A stretch of 61,772 bases of DNA, filler included, from an uncultured Clostridia bacterium (GTDB lineage: Bacteria; CAYTYR01; UBA6262), in NCBI GenBank assembly GCA_964441745.1. It is 3 parts of 3 records of this genome, joined end to end, with 100 filler letters (N's around TTAATTAATTAA, not from the genome) between each part and the next. Parts side by side here need not be neighbours in the genome. Positions count along the whole stretch, not along the records: positions 42,566 to 61,772 come from CAYTYR010000030.1; 2 more parts are not named here. One strand, 5' to 3'. This document shows, piece by piece, positions 50,197-59,207 of this stretch. Positions within the stretch are counted from its first letter, which is position 1; each line of letters opens with the position of its first letter. The position numbers and the translations under genes were made by a program. The notes below the pieces were generated by a model. That model did no database searches and was not told the DNA's origin. It worked only from the letters and a program-made list of their open reading frames with translations.

Positions 50197-51924
50197 TTAA
50201 TCCCTAAACTGTATTTCATGCAGTTTTTTATACAAACCGCAGCGATCAAGCAATTCCTGATGTTTACCCATATCTAGGATCCTGCCCTTTCCCAGGACCA
50301 CAATCTTATCAGCTTTGCGCACAGTGGAAAGCCGATGAGCAATAATAAAAGTAGTCCGCCTCACCATTAATTGATCCAAAGCTTCCTGCACCAGCATTTC
50401 ACTTTCACTGTCCAAGGCGCTGGTAGCTTCATCCAGGATCAGGATACGCGGATCCTTCAGTATGGCCCGGGCCATAGCAATACGTTGGCGCTCTCCGCCG
50501 CTCAGGTTGGTCCCCCGGTCCCTGATCACTGTCTCATATCCCTGATCCATATCTAAAATAAACTTGTGGGCGTTCGCGGCTTTGGCGGCCTTGATTATTT
50601 CCTGCTCCGTTGCCTCCGGATTACCATAGGCGATATTATTCCTGACGGTATCACTGAAGAGAATGGTTTCCTGGGTCACGATACCGATCTGGTTCCTGAG
50701 CGAAGATAAGGTCACTGCTTTCAAGTCATGACCATCCATTTTGATATTCCCGGCCGTCGGGTCATAAAAACGCGGAATTAAATTAACCAGCGTGGTTTTG
50801 CCGCTGCCGCTAGGACCGACAATAGCGATAATTTCCCCGGTTTTTACTCTCAGGTCAATATCGTTCAATACCGGCTCTGTCTCGTAAGCGAAGGCGATCT
50901 TTTCCAACACAATTTCCTTTTGCAGCAACGGTAAAGGAATAGCATTGGTCGTTTCCATTACGGTTGGGACTGTATCCAGGACTTTAAAAATACGTTCGCT
51001 GGCAGCTATCGTCTGCTGTAAAACGGCATTGGTATTGGAAAAACTCTTGATCGGAGTATAGGTTGATAGGGCTGCTCCCACAAAGGAGAAAAATGCTCCC
51101 GCTGTCCAAGAGCCGTTAATTACCTCCATCCCGCCGTACCAGACAAAGACCGTTGACCCCAGTACGCCGATAAATTCCATCAGCGGTGGTGACAGGGCGT
51201 TCACCCTCATGGTCCGCATCGTCAGGTCAAAGAAATTACGGTTCTCTCTTTTAAACCGGCTGATCTCCCGATCTTGGGCGCAAAAAGCCTTGACGATCTT
51301 AATGCCGGAAATCGTTTCTATAAGTATAGAGTATATGTCCGCAGTTTTCTGTTGGGATTGAGTGGAGACCCGACGCAGCTTTTTTCCGAAAACCACTAGG
51401 ACATAAACGATAAAAGGGCTGACAATCAAAGTATAAGCAGCAAAACGCCAGTGTAAATAAAACATTAAACCGATCAGGCCGATAATAGTCAATCCATCCT
51501 TGACCAAAGTGACCAGGCCGCTGGACACCGCATTCTGGATGACACCGACATCATTAGTGATGCGGGATATAATGGAGCCAGTCCTTTTATTTTCAAAATA
51601 ATCCAGTGAAAGCAGTTGATAATGCTCAAATAAGTCGTTACGCAGGTCTAAGACGATTTTTTGCCCAATATACGACATCAGATAGCTTTGTCCATATGAA
51701 CAGAGTCCTTTTAAGAGAAAGATCAAAGGTAAGCTTAAGGAGATCATTAAAAGCATCTGAATATTTTTTTCAATAAAAATGCGGTCGACCACATATTTCA
51801 TGATCCACATCGAGGCGGTAGTAAATAAGGCCACCCCGGTCATACAGACTACAGCCCACATCAACCGGCCATAGTAAGGCTTGACGTACGTCCATAGTTT
51901 CTTGAAAATATTTTTGTTATCCAT
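50197..51924 (-). CDS. msbA: Lipid A export ABC transporter MsbA-like
   Basis: TMD plus NBD, GPSGSGKT, LSGGERQR, LDEATSALD; within the lpx cluster. Confidence 0.85.
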   Translation of the reverse strand: MDNKNIFKKLWTYVKPYYGRLMWAVVCMTGVALFTTASMWIMKYVVDRIFIEKNIQMLLMISLSLPLIFLLKGLCSYGQSYLMSYIGQKIVLDLRNDLFEHYQLLSLDYFENKRTGSIISRITNDVGVIQNAVSSGLVTLVKDGLTIIGLIGLMFYLHWRFAAYTLIVSPFIVYVLVVFGKKLRRVSTQSQQKTADIYSILIETISGIKIVKAFCAQDREISRFKRENRNFFDLTMRTMRVNALSPPLMEFIGVLGSTVFVWYGGMEVINGSWTAGAFFSFVGAALSTYTPIKSFSNTNAVLQQTIAASERIFKVLDTVPTVMETTNAIPLPLLQKEIVLEKIAFAYETEPVLNDIDLRVKTGEIIAIVGPSGSGKTTLVNLIPRFYDPTAGNIKMDGHDLKAVTLSSLRNQIGIVTQETILFSDTVRNNIAYGNPEATEQEIIKAAKAANAHKFILDMDQGYETVIRDRGTNLSGGERQRIAMARAILKDPRILILDEATSALDSESEMLVQEALDQLMVRRTTFIIAHRLSTVRKADKIVVLGKGRILDMGKHQELLDRCGLYKKLHEIQFRD

Positions 51925-51926
51925 AA

Positions 51927-53051
51927 TTACCTTATCTGGGCCAGAATTTCCTGTGCCGCGCGAAGCGAGGCCCCGGGCGTCCCCAGTTTATCTTTAATCT
52001 GCAACAACTTGTCTTTGATCGCTTTCAATTCAGCGGGATTATGTAAATATTTTTCAGTCTGCGCGGCAATGCTTGACGGCTCGGCTGCATCCTGGATATA
52101 TTCTGGCGCTATTTTTTGGCCGCTGACAATATTAGCTAAACCGATATACGGGATCTTCACCAGACGCTTGGCCATTTGATAGCTTAAGACGTTCACTTTA
52201 TACATGATCAGCATCGGGATACCCAAATAGGCCATTTCCAAGGTGGCTGTTCCGCTGGCGACATAGGCCAAGGTCAACTGCCGCCGAACCTGATAGGTAT
52301 CATCATCTATGACTTTAACGCCTAAGCGTGAAGTTTGAATAATCTTTTCCAGCAAGGCCAGATCTATGGTCGAGGAACGCAATAAGACCAGTTCAATATC
52401 AGTCTGGGCGGCCTGCACTTTACCGGCGGCTGCCAACATGACTGGTAACAAATGTTCAATTTCCTGGCGCCTGCTTCCCGGCAATAATCCGAGCAGCTTT
52501 TTCTTCCGATCAAGCTGGTACTTCTCATAAATATCGATCTTTGTTTCAGCCGGAAGATGTTCCAGCAGCGGATGCCCGACCCAGGCAACCGGTACCCCGG
52601 CTTGGGAATATATTTTTTCTTCAAAAGGGAAAACTACCAGTACTTTACTGGCAAATTTTTTAATCTCTTTGATCCGCCCCGGCCACCAGGCCCAGATCTG
52701 CGGGGCAATATAATAAACTACCGGGATCTTTAAAGAGTGTGCCAATTTTCCAACCTTAAAATTAAAGCCAGGATAATCTATTAACACGATGATATCTGGT
52801 TTTTGTTCACGGAGATACCGTTTGGTGGTTTTTAATAAACGTTTGATCAAAACCAGGTTTTTGACGACCTCCAGAAACCCAATGACCGCATGATCAGCCA
52901 GGTTATAGAGCAGCTTCATCCCGGCAGCTTGCATTCTCTGGCCGCCAAACCCGACGATGGATGCGTCCGGCTGTAATTTTTTTAATTCTTTTACCAGATT
53001 AGCGCCATGAATATCACCGCTGGCTTCCCCGGCTACGATAAAGATCTTCAT
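51927..53051 (-). CDS. lpxB: Lipid-A-disaccharide synthase
   Basis: AGEASGD, IDYPGFN, PQIWAW, LLPGSRRQE, ASGTATLE. Confidence 0.95.
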   Translation of the reverse strand: MKIFIVAGEASGDIHGANLVKELKKLQPDASIVGFGGQRMQAAGMKLLYNLADHAVIGFLEVVKNLVLIKRLLKTTKRYLREQKPDIIVLIDYPGFNFKVGKLAHSLKIPVVYYIAPQIWAWWPGRIKEIKKFASKVLVVFPFEEKIYSQAGVPVAWVGHPLLEHLPAETKIDIYEKYQLDRKKKLLGLLPGSRRQEIEHLLPVMLAAAGKVQAAQTDIELVLLRSSTIDLALLEKIIQTSRLGVKVIDDDTYQVRRQLTLAYVASGTATLEMAYLGIPMLIMYKVNVLSYQMAKRLVKIPYIGLANIVSGQKIAPEYIQDAAEPSSIAAQTEKYLHNPAELKAIKDKLLQIKDKLGTPGASLRAAQEILAQIR

Positions 53052-53067
53052 TAAATACCTTTACTTT

Positions 53068-53174
53068 AAAATTCTAAATCCTAATTTCTAATTTCTAATT
53101 TCTAAATTCTAAACAATATCAAAATTCTAAACAAAATCCCAGTTTAGAACATTTGAGATTAGTATTTTGAATTT
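53068..53174. repeat. AAATTCT heptamer-arm palindromic element
   Basis: Tandem AAATTCT/AATTTCT units, then reverse-complement-like units. Confidence 0.8.
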
Positions 53175-53176
53175 GC

Positions 53177-54106
53177 CTATTTTATTTTTCTCATTATTTC
53201 CAGGGCTATTTCCAGGGCATCGCGTCCATCTTCACCGGTTACCTGAGGTTTCATCCCTTCCCGGACACAGTTGACAAAATGTTTCAATTCTTCAGCCAAA
53301 GGCTCCAGCTTGACCAGCCGTGGATAAACAACTTTAATATCCTTCAGGCTGCTGACTTCCTCTTTCTTTTTTTGGTATATTTTTAAGCCAGGCTTGGCAT
53401 AGTCCAGGGAAAGGTACGAATCTTTTTGGAAAATACGGATCTTCCGGAATTTTTTTATGGATACCCGGCTGGCGGAAATACTGGCTACACAGCCGTTAGC
53501 AAAGCGGATCCTGGCATTGGCGATATCTTCAAAATCACTCAGTACTTTAGCTCCCACCGCGTCAATGGATACTATCCGGTCCTGGACCAGGTACAGTACA
53601 ATATCAATATCATGGATCATCAAGTCCAGGATTACACTGATATGAGCTACGCGCGGGTCATAAGGACCCAGGCGATTGGCTTCAATGAATTTTGGTTCAT
53701 GGATATATTTTTGCGCTTCCAGAACAGCAGGATTAAATCGTTCGATATGCCCAACCTGGAGGATTAACTTTTTCTGTTTTACCAGGGCCACTAATTCTTC
53801 TGCTTCCGCCAAATCTGGGGTGATCGGCTTTTCAATCAGGCAATGGACCCGCGCATTAATAAAATCTTTAGCCACCTGGTAATGTAATGGAGTGGGGACA
53901 GCAATACTGACTGCGTCAACTTTAGTCAAAAGCTGCCGGTAGTCAGTATACGCCGCGGTCTTATATTGCCGGGCAATTTTCCTGACCTGTGGTTCATTGA
54001 TATCACAGATCCCTACCAGCTCCACTCCAGGCAAACTGCTGACGATCCTGGCATGATGCACTCCGAGGCGCCCTATTCCGATGACTCCCATCTTTAAAGA
54101 AAGCAC
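53177..54106 (-). CDS. Gfo/Idh/MocA oxidoreductase (possibly GnnA-like, given lpx context)
   Basis: GIGRLG, IEKP, VGHIERFNPA, DLMIHDID. Confidence 0.85.
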   Translation of the reverse strand: MLSLKMGVIGIGRLGVHHARIVSSLPGVELVGICDINEPQVRKIARQYKTAAYTDYRQLLTKVDAVSIAVPTPLHYQVAKDFINARVHCLIEKPITPDLAEAEELVALVKQKKLILQVGHIERFNPAVLEAQKYIHEPKFIEANRLGPYDPRVAHISVILDLMIHDIDIVLYLVQDRIVSIDAVGAKVLSDFEDIANARIRFANGCVASISASRVSIKKFRKIRIFQKDSYLSLDYAKPGLKIYQKKKEEVSSLKDIKVVYPRLVKLEPLAEELKHFVNCVREGMKPQVTGEDGRDALEIALEIMRKIK

Positions 54107-54114
54107 AAAGACTC

Positions 54115-54217
54115 CAAACTGAAATTCTAAACTCTAATATCTAAATAGCAAACAAACTCTAAATCCTAATTCCTAAATCCTAAAAAAATTCAAAGTTAAA
54201 GATTAGATATTAGGATT
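54115..54217. repeat. AAATTCT/AAATCCT heptamer-arm element
   Basis: Heptamer periodicity; AAATCCTAAT..ATTAGGATTT inversion. Confidence 0.78.
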
Positions 54218-55030
54218 TTACTTATTTTCTACCGCTACTAGACAAATCTTATATGTATCGGCCTGTTTGATTACAGCGTCAATATTCAGAATTAGCGTTT
54301 CCCCGGCGCAAAAAGCTAAAACCTGGGCCCCGGCTTCATGCAATACGGCTATAGTATTTTCACCAACGATCGGCACATCAAACCGGAAATCCTGGTTTGG
54401 CTTGGACACTTTTACGACGACTACCTCGCCTTTACCGATTTTCCCGCCCCGCAAGATTGTCTGATCCGTGCCCTCCATCGCCTCCACTGCCAGGACTGCC
54501 CGGTCCTTGACGACAATTGTCTGTCCGACATCCAAGGCAGCTATGCCCTTGGCGATCTTCAGGCCAAATTCAATATCCTTTTCCTGTTCCTTATTTGGTT
54601 TCACTCTGGTCAGGATACCTGCCTGCGGGATGAACTTTTCCAAAAATATCCTGGAATCAATTAAGGCAATACCCTCTTTACCCAGCTCCTCAGCTACTCC
54701 GCCCAGGATCGTATCTGCCTTCTTGTTTGGCAGGCGTTTCAGCAGAGCGGCAGCCCGCAAATCAAGCTTTAAAAGGTCAAAAAGGCGAAAATGTTTCACT
54801 TGTCCGGCCATCACTACCTGGGTTACTTGTTCTTTTTTAAAAGTATCGATCAACTTATTCAACTGACCCAGGCCGACCCAGGTGAAAGTATCCACCATGG
54901 TTTTCAGTTCAGGATTGGTTTCCCCATCCAAAGCGATAGTAATGATCGCCTTACCCTGCGCTTTAGCCGCTTGGGCGAAATGCAGTGGATAATCGCCGTT
55001 ACCGGCTATCAAGCCTATCTTGTCTGTCAT
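54218..55030 (-). CDS. lpxI: UDP-2,3-diacylglucosamine pyrophosphatase LpxI
   Basis: GLIAGNG, DVGQTIVV, AVEAMEGTD, QDFRFDVP. Confidence 0.9.
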   Translation of the reverse strand: MTDKIGLIAGNGDYPLHFAQAAKAQGKAIITIALDGETNPELKTMVDTFTWVGLGQLNKLIDTFKKEQVTQVVMAGQVKHFRLFDLLKLDLRAAALLKRLPNKKADTILGGVAEELGKEGIALIDSRIFLEKFIPQAGILTRVKPNKEQEKDIEFGLKIAKGIAALDVGQTIVVKDRAVLAVEAMEGTDQTILRGGKIGKGEVVVVKVSKPNQDFRFDVPIVGENTIAVLHEAGAQVLAFCAGETLILNIDAVIKQADTYKICLVAVENK

Positions 55031-55036
55031 AAATCC

Positions 55037-55150
55037 TCAAGTCTAAGGTTTTTGGGTTAGGAAGTAAGTTTGGTCTTAGGTCTATGGGTGTTGGGCTCCA
55101 AACCAAAGACTTTAGACTTACTTCCATACCTACTTCTACAACCAACACCT
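55037..55150. repeat. Palindromic element, GAAGTAGGTATGG family (inverted relative to 41097-41200)
   Basis: Reverse complement reads GTTGTAGAAGTAGGTATGGAAGTAAGTCT..AACACCCATAGACCT..AAACTTACTTCC. Confidence 0.85.
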
Positions 55151-55164
55151 GTCACCGCTGGTTT

Positions 55165-55938
55165 TTATTCTTTAGTGATGCCTCTTTCAGACTCGGCAAT
55201 GAACTGGATAAAATATTTTACTTCGTCACACCAATTGGTTTCTTTTTTTAAGTAGACCAGGGCCTGGGTGGTATTCATCTTGGAACGGAAAAAGATCTTA
55301 TAGGCTTTTTTCAGTTGATTGCGCACATCCTGGGAGAAATTATTTCTTTCCAGGGCAATGGTATTCAGCCCATACATTCTGATCGGGCTGCCGGCAGCTT
55401 TGCAATATGGAGGGATATCTTTATTAGTGCGGGAACCGCCTCCCAGTATCGCGAAGGTGCCGATCCGGCAGAATTGATGAATGGGAGTCATACCGCCGAT
55501 AACTGCCCGGTCCTCTACCACCACATGGCCAGCCAAAGTAGCATTATTGGCCAGGACCACATAATTGCCGATCACACAATCGTGCGCGACATGCGCATAA
55601 GCCATGATCAGATTATTATCACCGATCTTCGTCTCTCCTACCGCTACCGTCCCCCGGTTGATGGTCACATATTCACGGATCACATTACGGTTACCGATGA
55701 TCACCTTTGTTTTCTCACCCCGATATTTCAGGTCCTGCGGCGGCGTACCGACAGCCGCTCCAGTAAAAATATGGCAGTCTTCGCCAATTTCAGTGTCGCC
55801 ATCAATGACCACATTGGCTTCTATTTTTGTGCCCTTACCGATTTTTACATCTTTGCCAATGATCGCAAAAGGACCTACTTCCACGTTTTCGCCGATAACG
55901 GCATCTGGATGTACCAGCGCTGTCTTATGAACCTTCAT
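55165..55938 (-). CDS. lpxA: UDP-N-acetylglucosamine acyltransferase
   Basis: Hexapeptide repeats, PQDLKY, IREYVTINRGT, HVAHDC, HQFCRIG. Confidence 0.95.
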   Translation of the reverse strand: MKVHKTALVHPDAVIGENVEVGPFAIIGKDVKIGKGTKIEANVVIDGDTEIGEDCHIFTGAAVGTPPQDLKYRGEKTKVIIGNRNVIREYVTINRGTVAVGETKIGDNNLIMAYAHVAHDCVIGNYVVLANNATLAGHVVVEDRAVIGGMTPIHQFCRIGTFAILGGGSRTNKDIPPYCKAAGSPIRMYGLNTIALERNNFSQDVRNQLKKAYKIFFRSKMNTTQALVYLKKETNWCDEVKYFIQFIAESERGITKE

Positions 55939-56038
55939 GCCAATCCCTCCAAAATAAACTAATTACTCGAATGATAGCTAATTTCGCGAATAAAAACATT
56001 CGAGGCATTCGCTGTCATTTGATCTTTATTCGCTAACT

Positions 56039-57379
56039 TTATCTATCAACCAGCATAAACATAAACTCAGCCTCAGCTGTTAACGTGTTGTTAACATAAG
56101 CCTTACCGGTAACAACACCGGTCTTGCTTTTGACCTTCAATAATTCTGCTTCGAAAAAAATGGTATCTCCCGGCACGACGGTCTGGCGGAATTTCACCTT
56201 GTCAATGGTCATGAAATAGGCCAGTTTTCCGGCATTTTCACTTTTCTTTAACAATAATACTCCAGCTACCTGGGCCATGGCTTCGATCAGCAATACTCCC
56301 GGCATTACCGGATGGCCAGGAAAATGCCCGCGGAAGAAATCTTCATTAATCGTGACATTCTTCACGCCAATAGCTTTCTTCTCTTCTTCGATCGCCAGTA
56401 TTTTGTCAACCAGCAGGAACGGCGGCCGGTGCGGCAATACTTTTTGTACTTCATTATTATCCATTAAGGGTTTACCCAGATCCAATCCCGCAAACCGATC
56501 TTTGCCGGGAACTGCTTTCTGGTTCTCCTGCCCCACGGGTTTAGGGACCCCTTTATTCTGTAATTCTCTCAATTTTTGCACAAAAGCCGTATTCGAAGGA
56601 TGACCGCATTTAACCGCAATGATGTGGGCTTTCAACGGCTGTCCCAGCAGGTAAAAATCCCCGATCAGGTCCAGGATCTTATGACGGACAAACTCATCCG
56701 GAAAACGCAGTGCATTATGGATGTCTTTTTCGCCGATCACCACAGCGTTGACCAGACTTCCGCCTTTGGCTAATCCCTGTTTTTTCAAAGTCTCAATCTC
56801 AAAATCAAAACAAAATGTACGGGCCGGCGCCAGTTCTTTAACAAACATTTCCGGGGTGACGGTGAAGCTGGCATACTGGGATTTTATCAACGGATGGTTA
56901 TAAACCATGGTCAGGCTCACTTTAAAATCATCGGCTGGCAGGGCAATAATACTGGTATCTTCATGCACATAATAAACCGGTTCTTTTAATTCATAATATT
57001 TCCGGGGTGCATCCTGTTCCACAATACTGGTTTTTTGCAGAGTTTCAATAAAAGGCAGGGCGCTGCCGTCGCCTACCGGTGGTTCATTGGCATTGATTTC
57101 AATATAGGCATTATCGATGCCTAATCCGGCCAACGCCGATAGGATATGCTCTACCGTATGTACTTTCACATTGCCTAACCCTATATTGGTCCCACGTTTA
57201 ACATCGATCAAATTATTGATATCAGCCGCTATCTTGCCTGAATTTGGCTGGTCGATGCGGATAAACTTAATGCCGGTATTTACCGGCGCCGGTTTAAAAG
57301 TAATAGTGGTAGCGCTTCCGGTATGCAGTCCTATGCCTGAAAATGAAACCGGGTCCTTCAGAGTCTTTTGTTTTTCCAT
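56039..57379 (-). CDS. lpxC/fabZ: Bifunctional LpxC-FabZ
   Basis: GIGLHTG, TVEHILSA, HKILDLIGD followed by LPHRPPFLLVD and FFRGHFPGHPVMPGVL; ATG 57379 behind AGGAGG. Confidence 0.95.
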   Translation of the reverse strand: MEKQKTLKDPVSFSGIGLHTGSATTITFKPAPVNTGIKFIRIDQPNSGKIAADINNLIDVKRGTNIGLGNVKVHTVEHILSALAGLGIDNAYIEINANEPPVGDGSALPFIETLQKTSIVEQDAPRKYYELKEPVYYVHEDTSIIALPADDFKVSLTMVYNHPLIKSQYASFTVTPEMFVKELAPARTFCFDFEIETLKKQGLAKGGSLVNAVVIGEKDIHNALRFPDEFVRHKILDLIGDFYLLGQPLKAHIIAVKCGHPSNTAFVQKLRELQNKGVPKPVGQENQKAVPGKDRFAGLDLGKPLMDNNEVQKVLPHRPPFLLVDKILAIEEEKKAIGVKNVTINEDFFRGHFPGHPVMPGVLLIEAMAQVAGVLLLKKSENAGKLAYFMTIDKVKFRQTVVPGDTIFFEAELLKVKSKTGVVTGKAYVNNTLTAEAEFMFMLVDR

Positions 57380-57441
57380 TATGCCTCCTGTAAAATACAA
57401 ATTCGAAATTCTAAATTCTAAATTCTAAATAATTGAAGAGA

Positions 57442-58470
57442 TTACTTTTTTTCGAGTTCAGCGATCCTTTTTTCCAGTTCCTTAACTTTTTGATTCAGTT
57501 GCGGCAATCTATTTACTTCTGCCTGGAGTCTCTTTGCTAATTGGTGCGGCTGGGCCGGATAGCCGCTCACTATTTCCTTGGGCGGAACATCCTTGGTCAC
57601 TCCAGCCTGGGCTGCCACAATACTACCTTTGCCAATGGTGATATGGCCGATAACACCAGCTTGCCCGGCAATCGTTACATTATCCTCCACTGTCGTACTG
57701 CCGGAGATGCCAACCTGCGCTACAATGATGCAATTCCGCCCGATCTTGACATTATGAGCGATCTGCACTAAATTATCAATTTTAGTCCCAGCCCCAATTA
57801 CGGTATTCCCGAGAGTGCCCCGGGCAATACAAACATTGGCCCCGATCTCGACCTTGTCTTCGATGACCACCGCGCCGACTTGCGGTATTTTGACGTTTTC
57901 TCCATTACTGGGGACAAACCCAAAACCATCGCTGCCAATGACTGCCCCGGAATGGATAATAACCTGATTACCGATGCTCACTTTTTCCCGGATGGAAATA
58001 TTGGCATAGAACAGGCAAGCCTGGCCAATTTTAGCATCCTTGCCAATATAGGCACCTGGATAAATAATGGTTTCATCGCCGATGACTGCGCCTTCTTCTA
58101 TGATCACCAATGGACCAATGGCCACATTAGCGCCTAACTTGGCCTGCGGGCTGATAATAGCCGAAGCATGCACTCCCGCTGGGATTATTTTTTCAGGCGG
58201 GTAGAAAACGCCCAAAATCCTGGCAAACGCCAGATAGGGATTGTCACAGATAATAGCGGCCAGATCATGTGTTTGCAGGTCAGGGGAGACAATGATGGCT
58301 CCAGCGCCAGTCTGGGCCAGTTCCTTGCTGTAGCGGGGATTAGACAAAAAAGTAATTTCATCCTTTTTCGCCTCTTTGATGCCGGCCACCCCTTTAATCA
58401 ATAATTCCGGGTTTCCCATTATTTTGCCGCCGACCAGCGCAGCTAACTCAGCGAGTGTTTTTTCTATCAT
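57442..58470 (-). CDS. lpxD: UDP-3-O-acyl-glucosamine N-acyltransferase
   Basis: [26 protein letters not shown]. Confidence 0.95.
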   Translation of the reverse strand: MIEKTLAELAALVGGKIMGNPELLIKGVAGIKEAKKDEITFLSNPRYSKELAQTGAGAIIVSPDLQTHDLAAIICDNPYLAFARILGVFYPPEKIIPAGVHASAIISPQAKLGANVAIGPLVIIEEGAVIGDETIIYPGAYIGKDAKIGQACLFYANISIREKVSIGNQVIIHSGAVIGSDGFGFVPSNGENVKIPQVGAVVIEDKVEIGANVCIARGTLGNTVIGAGTKIDNLVQIAHNVKIGRNCIIVAQVGISGSTTVEDNVTIAGQAGVIGHITIGKGSIVAAQAGVTKDVPPKEIVSGYPAQPHQLAKRLQAEVNRLPQLNQKVKELEKRIAELEKK

Positions 58471-58491
58471 ATAGTGTCCTGTCTCCTAAAT

Positions 58492-59109
58492 CTAATCCTC
58501 TTTAATATTGAGATTAGATGGTTCCTTATATTCCTGCTTAGCCGGTAATAGCTCTTGCTCAGTAGCAGGCAGGTTCCCGGTAGGAGAGCTGATCAAAGGC
58601 GCTACTCCCCCCTCCAAAACTTTTAGTACTTCTGCCGTAATGTTCCAGGATTCAATACCAAAAATCACATTGTTTTTATCCAGCACCAGGGAGAATCCTT
58701 TTTCTTTTCCCACTTTCTGCACCGCCGCATGTATCTTCGCCAGGATCTCCTGGGTCAAATTAGCTTCTTTTTTGGAAAGTTCATTCTCCGAATCTTCCGT
58801 GAATTTCTGCAGTTCCTGCGCTTTGCGGTCTATCTCCTGGGCCTTAACCTTCTTGTCTTCCGGAGAAAGCGTGCTTTGCGGCAGGTCCAGGCTTTCCCGC
58901 AAATTTTTAATTTCATCGCTGGTTTTCTGGATGGTATCCTGTTTTGCCTTAATCTCTTTTTCCAAAGCCAATTTAGCCGTTGCGGTCCCTGAATATTTAT
59001 CAAAAATAGAGGCTATATCAACATACCCGATCTTTAGTCCGGCAGCCAGGGCTAAGCCAGCAGTAGTTAATATTAAACTAAGTATTATCGCTGCTACAAA
59101 TTTTTTCAC
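58492..59109 (-). CDS. skp: Skp/OmpH periplasmic chaperone
   Basis: Signal peptide, KIGYVD, coiled coil, LVLDK...NITAEVL; between bamA and lpxD. Confidence 0.85.
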   Translation of the reverse strand: MKKFVAAIILSLILTTAGLALAAGLKIGYVDIASIFDKYSGTATAKLALEKEIKAKQDTIQKTSDEIKNLRESLDLPQSTLSPEDKKVKAQEIDRKAQELQKFTEDSENELSKKEANLTQEILAKIHAAVQKVGKEKGFSLVLDKNNVIFGIESWNITAEVLKVLEGGVAPLISSPTGNLPATEQELLPAKQEYKEPSNLNIKED

Positions 59110-59130
59110 TAATTCCTCCTTTTTACTTTC

Positions 59131-59207
59131 GGCGGATAGCGTATAGCGGATAGAAATAAAAATTCTTCCGCTTTTCCTTTACGCTACACGCTTTACGCTA
59201 TACGCTA
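59131..59207. repeat. Palindromic element TAGCGTATAGCG..CGCTATACGCTA
   Basis: Perfect 12-bp inverted arms at 59137-59148 and 59196-59207, with TACGCT-type heptamer units. Confidence 0.8.

Noticed and set aside
46148-51924. Absence of lpxK beside msbA/waaA
   Set aside because: The gene may lie elsewhere in the genome; nothing can be concluded from one window.
56039-57379. LpxC-FabZ fusion as a novelty
   Set aside because: This bifunctional fusion is already known, for example in Bacteroidota.
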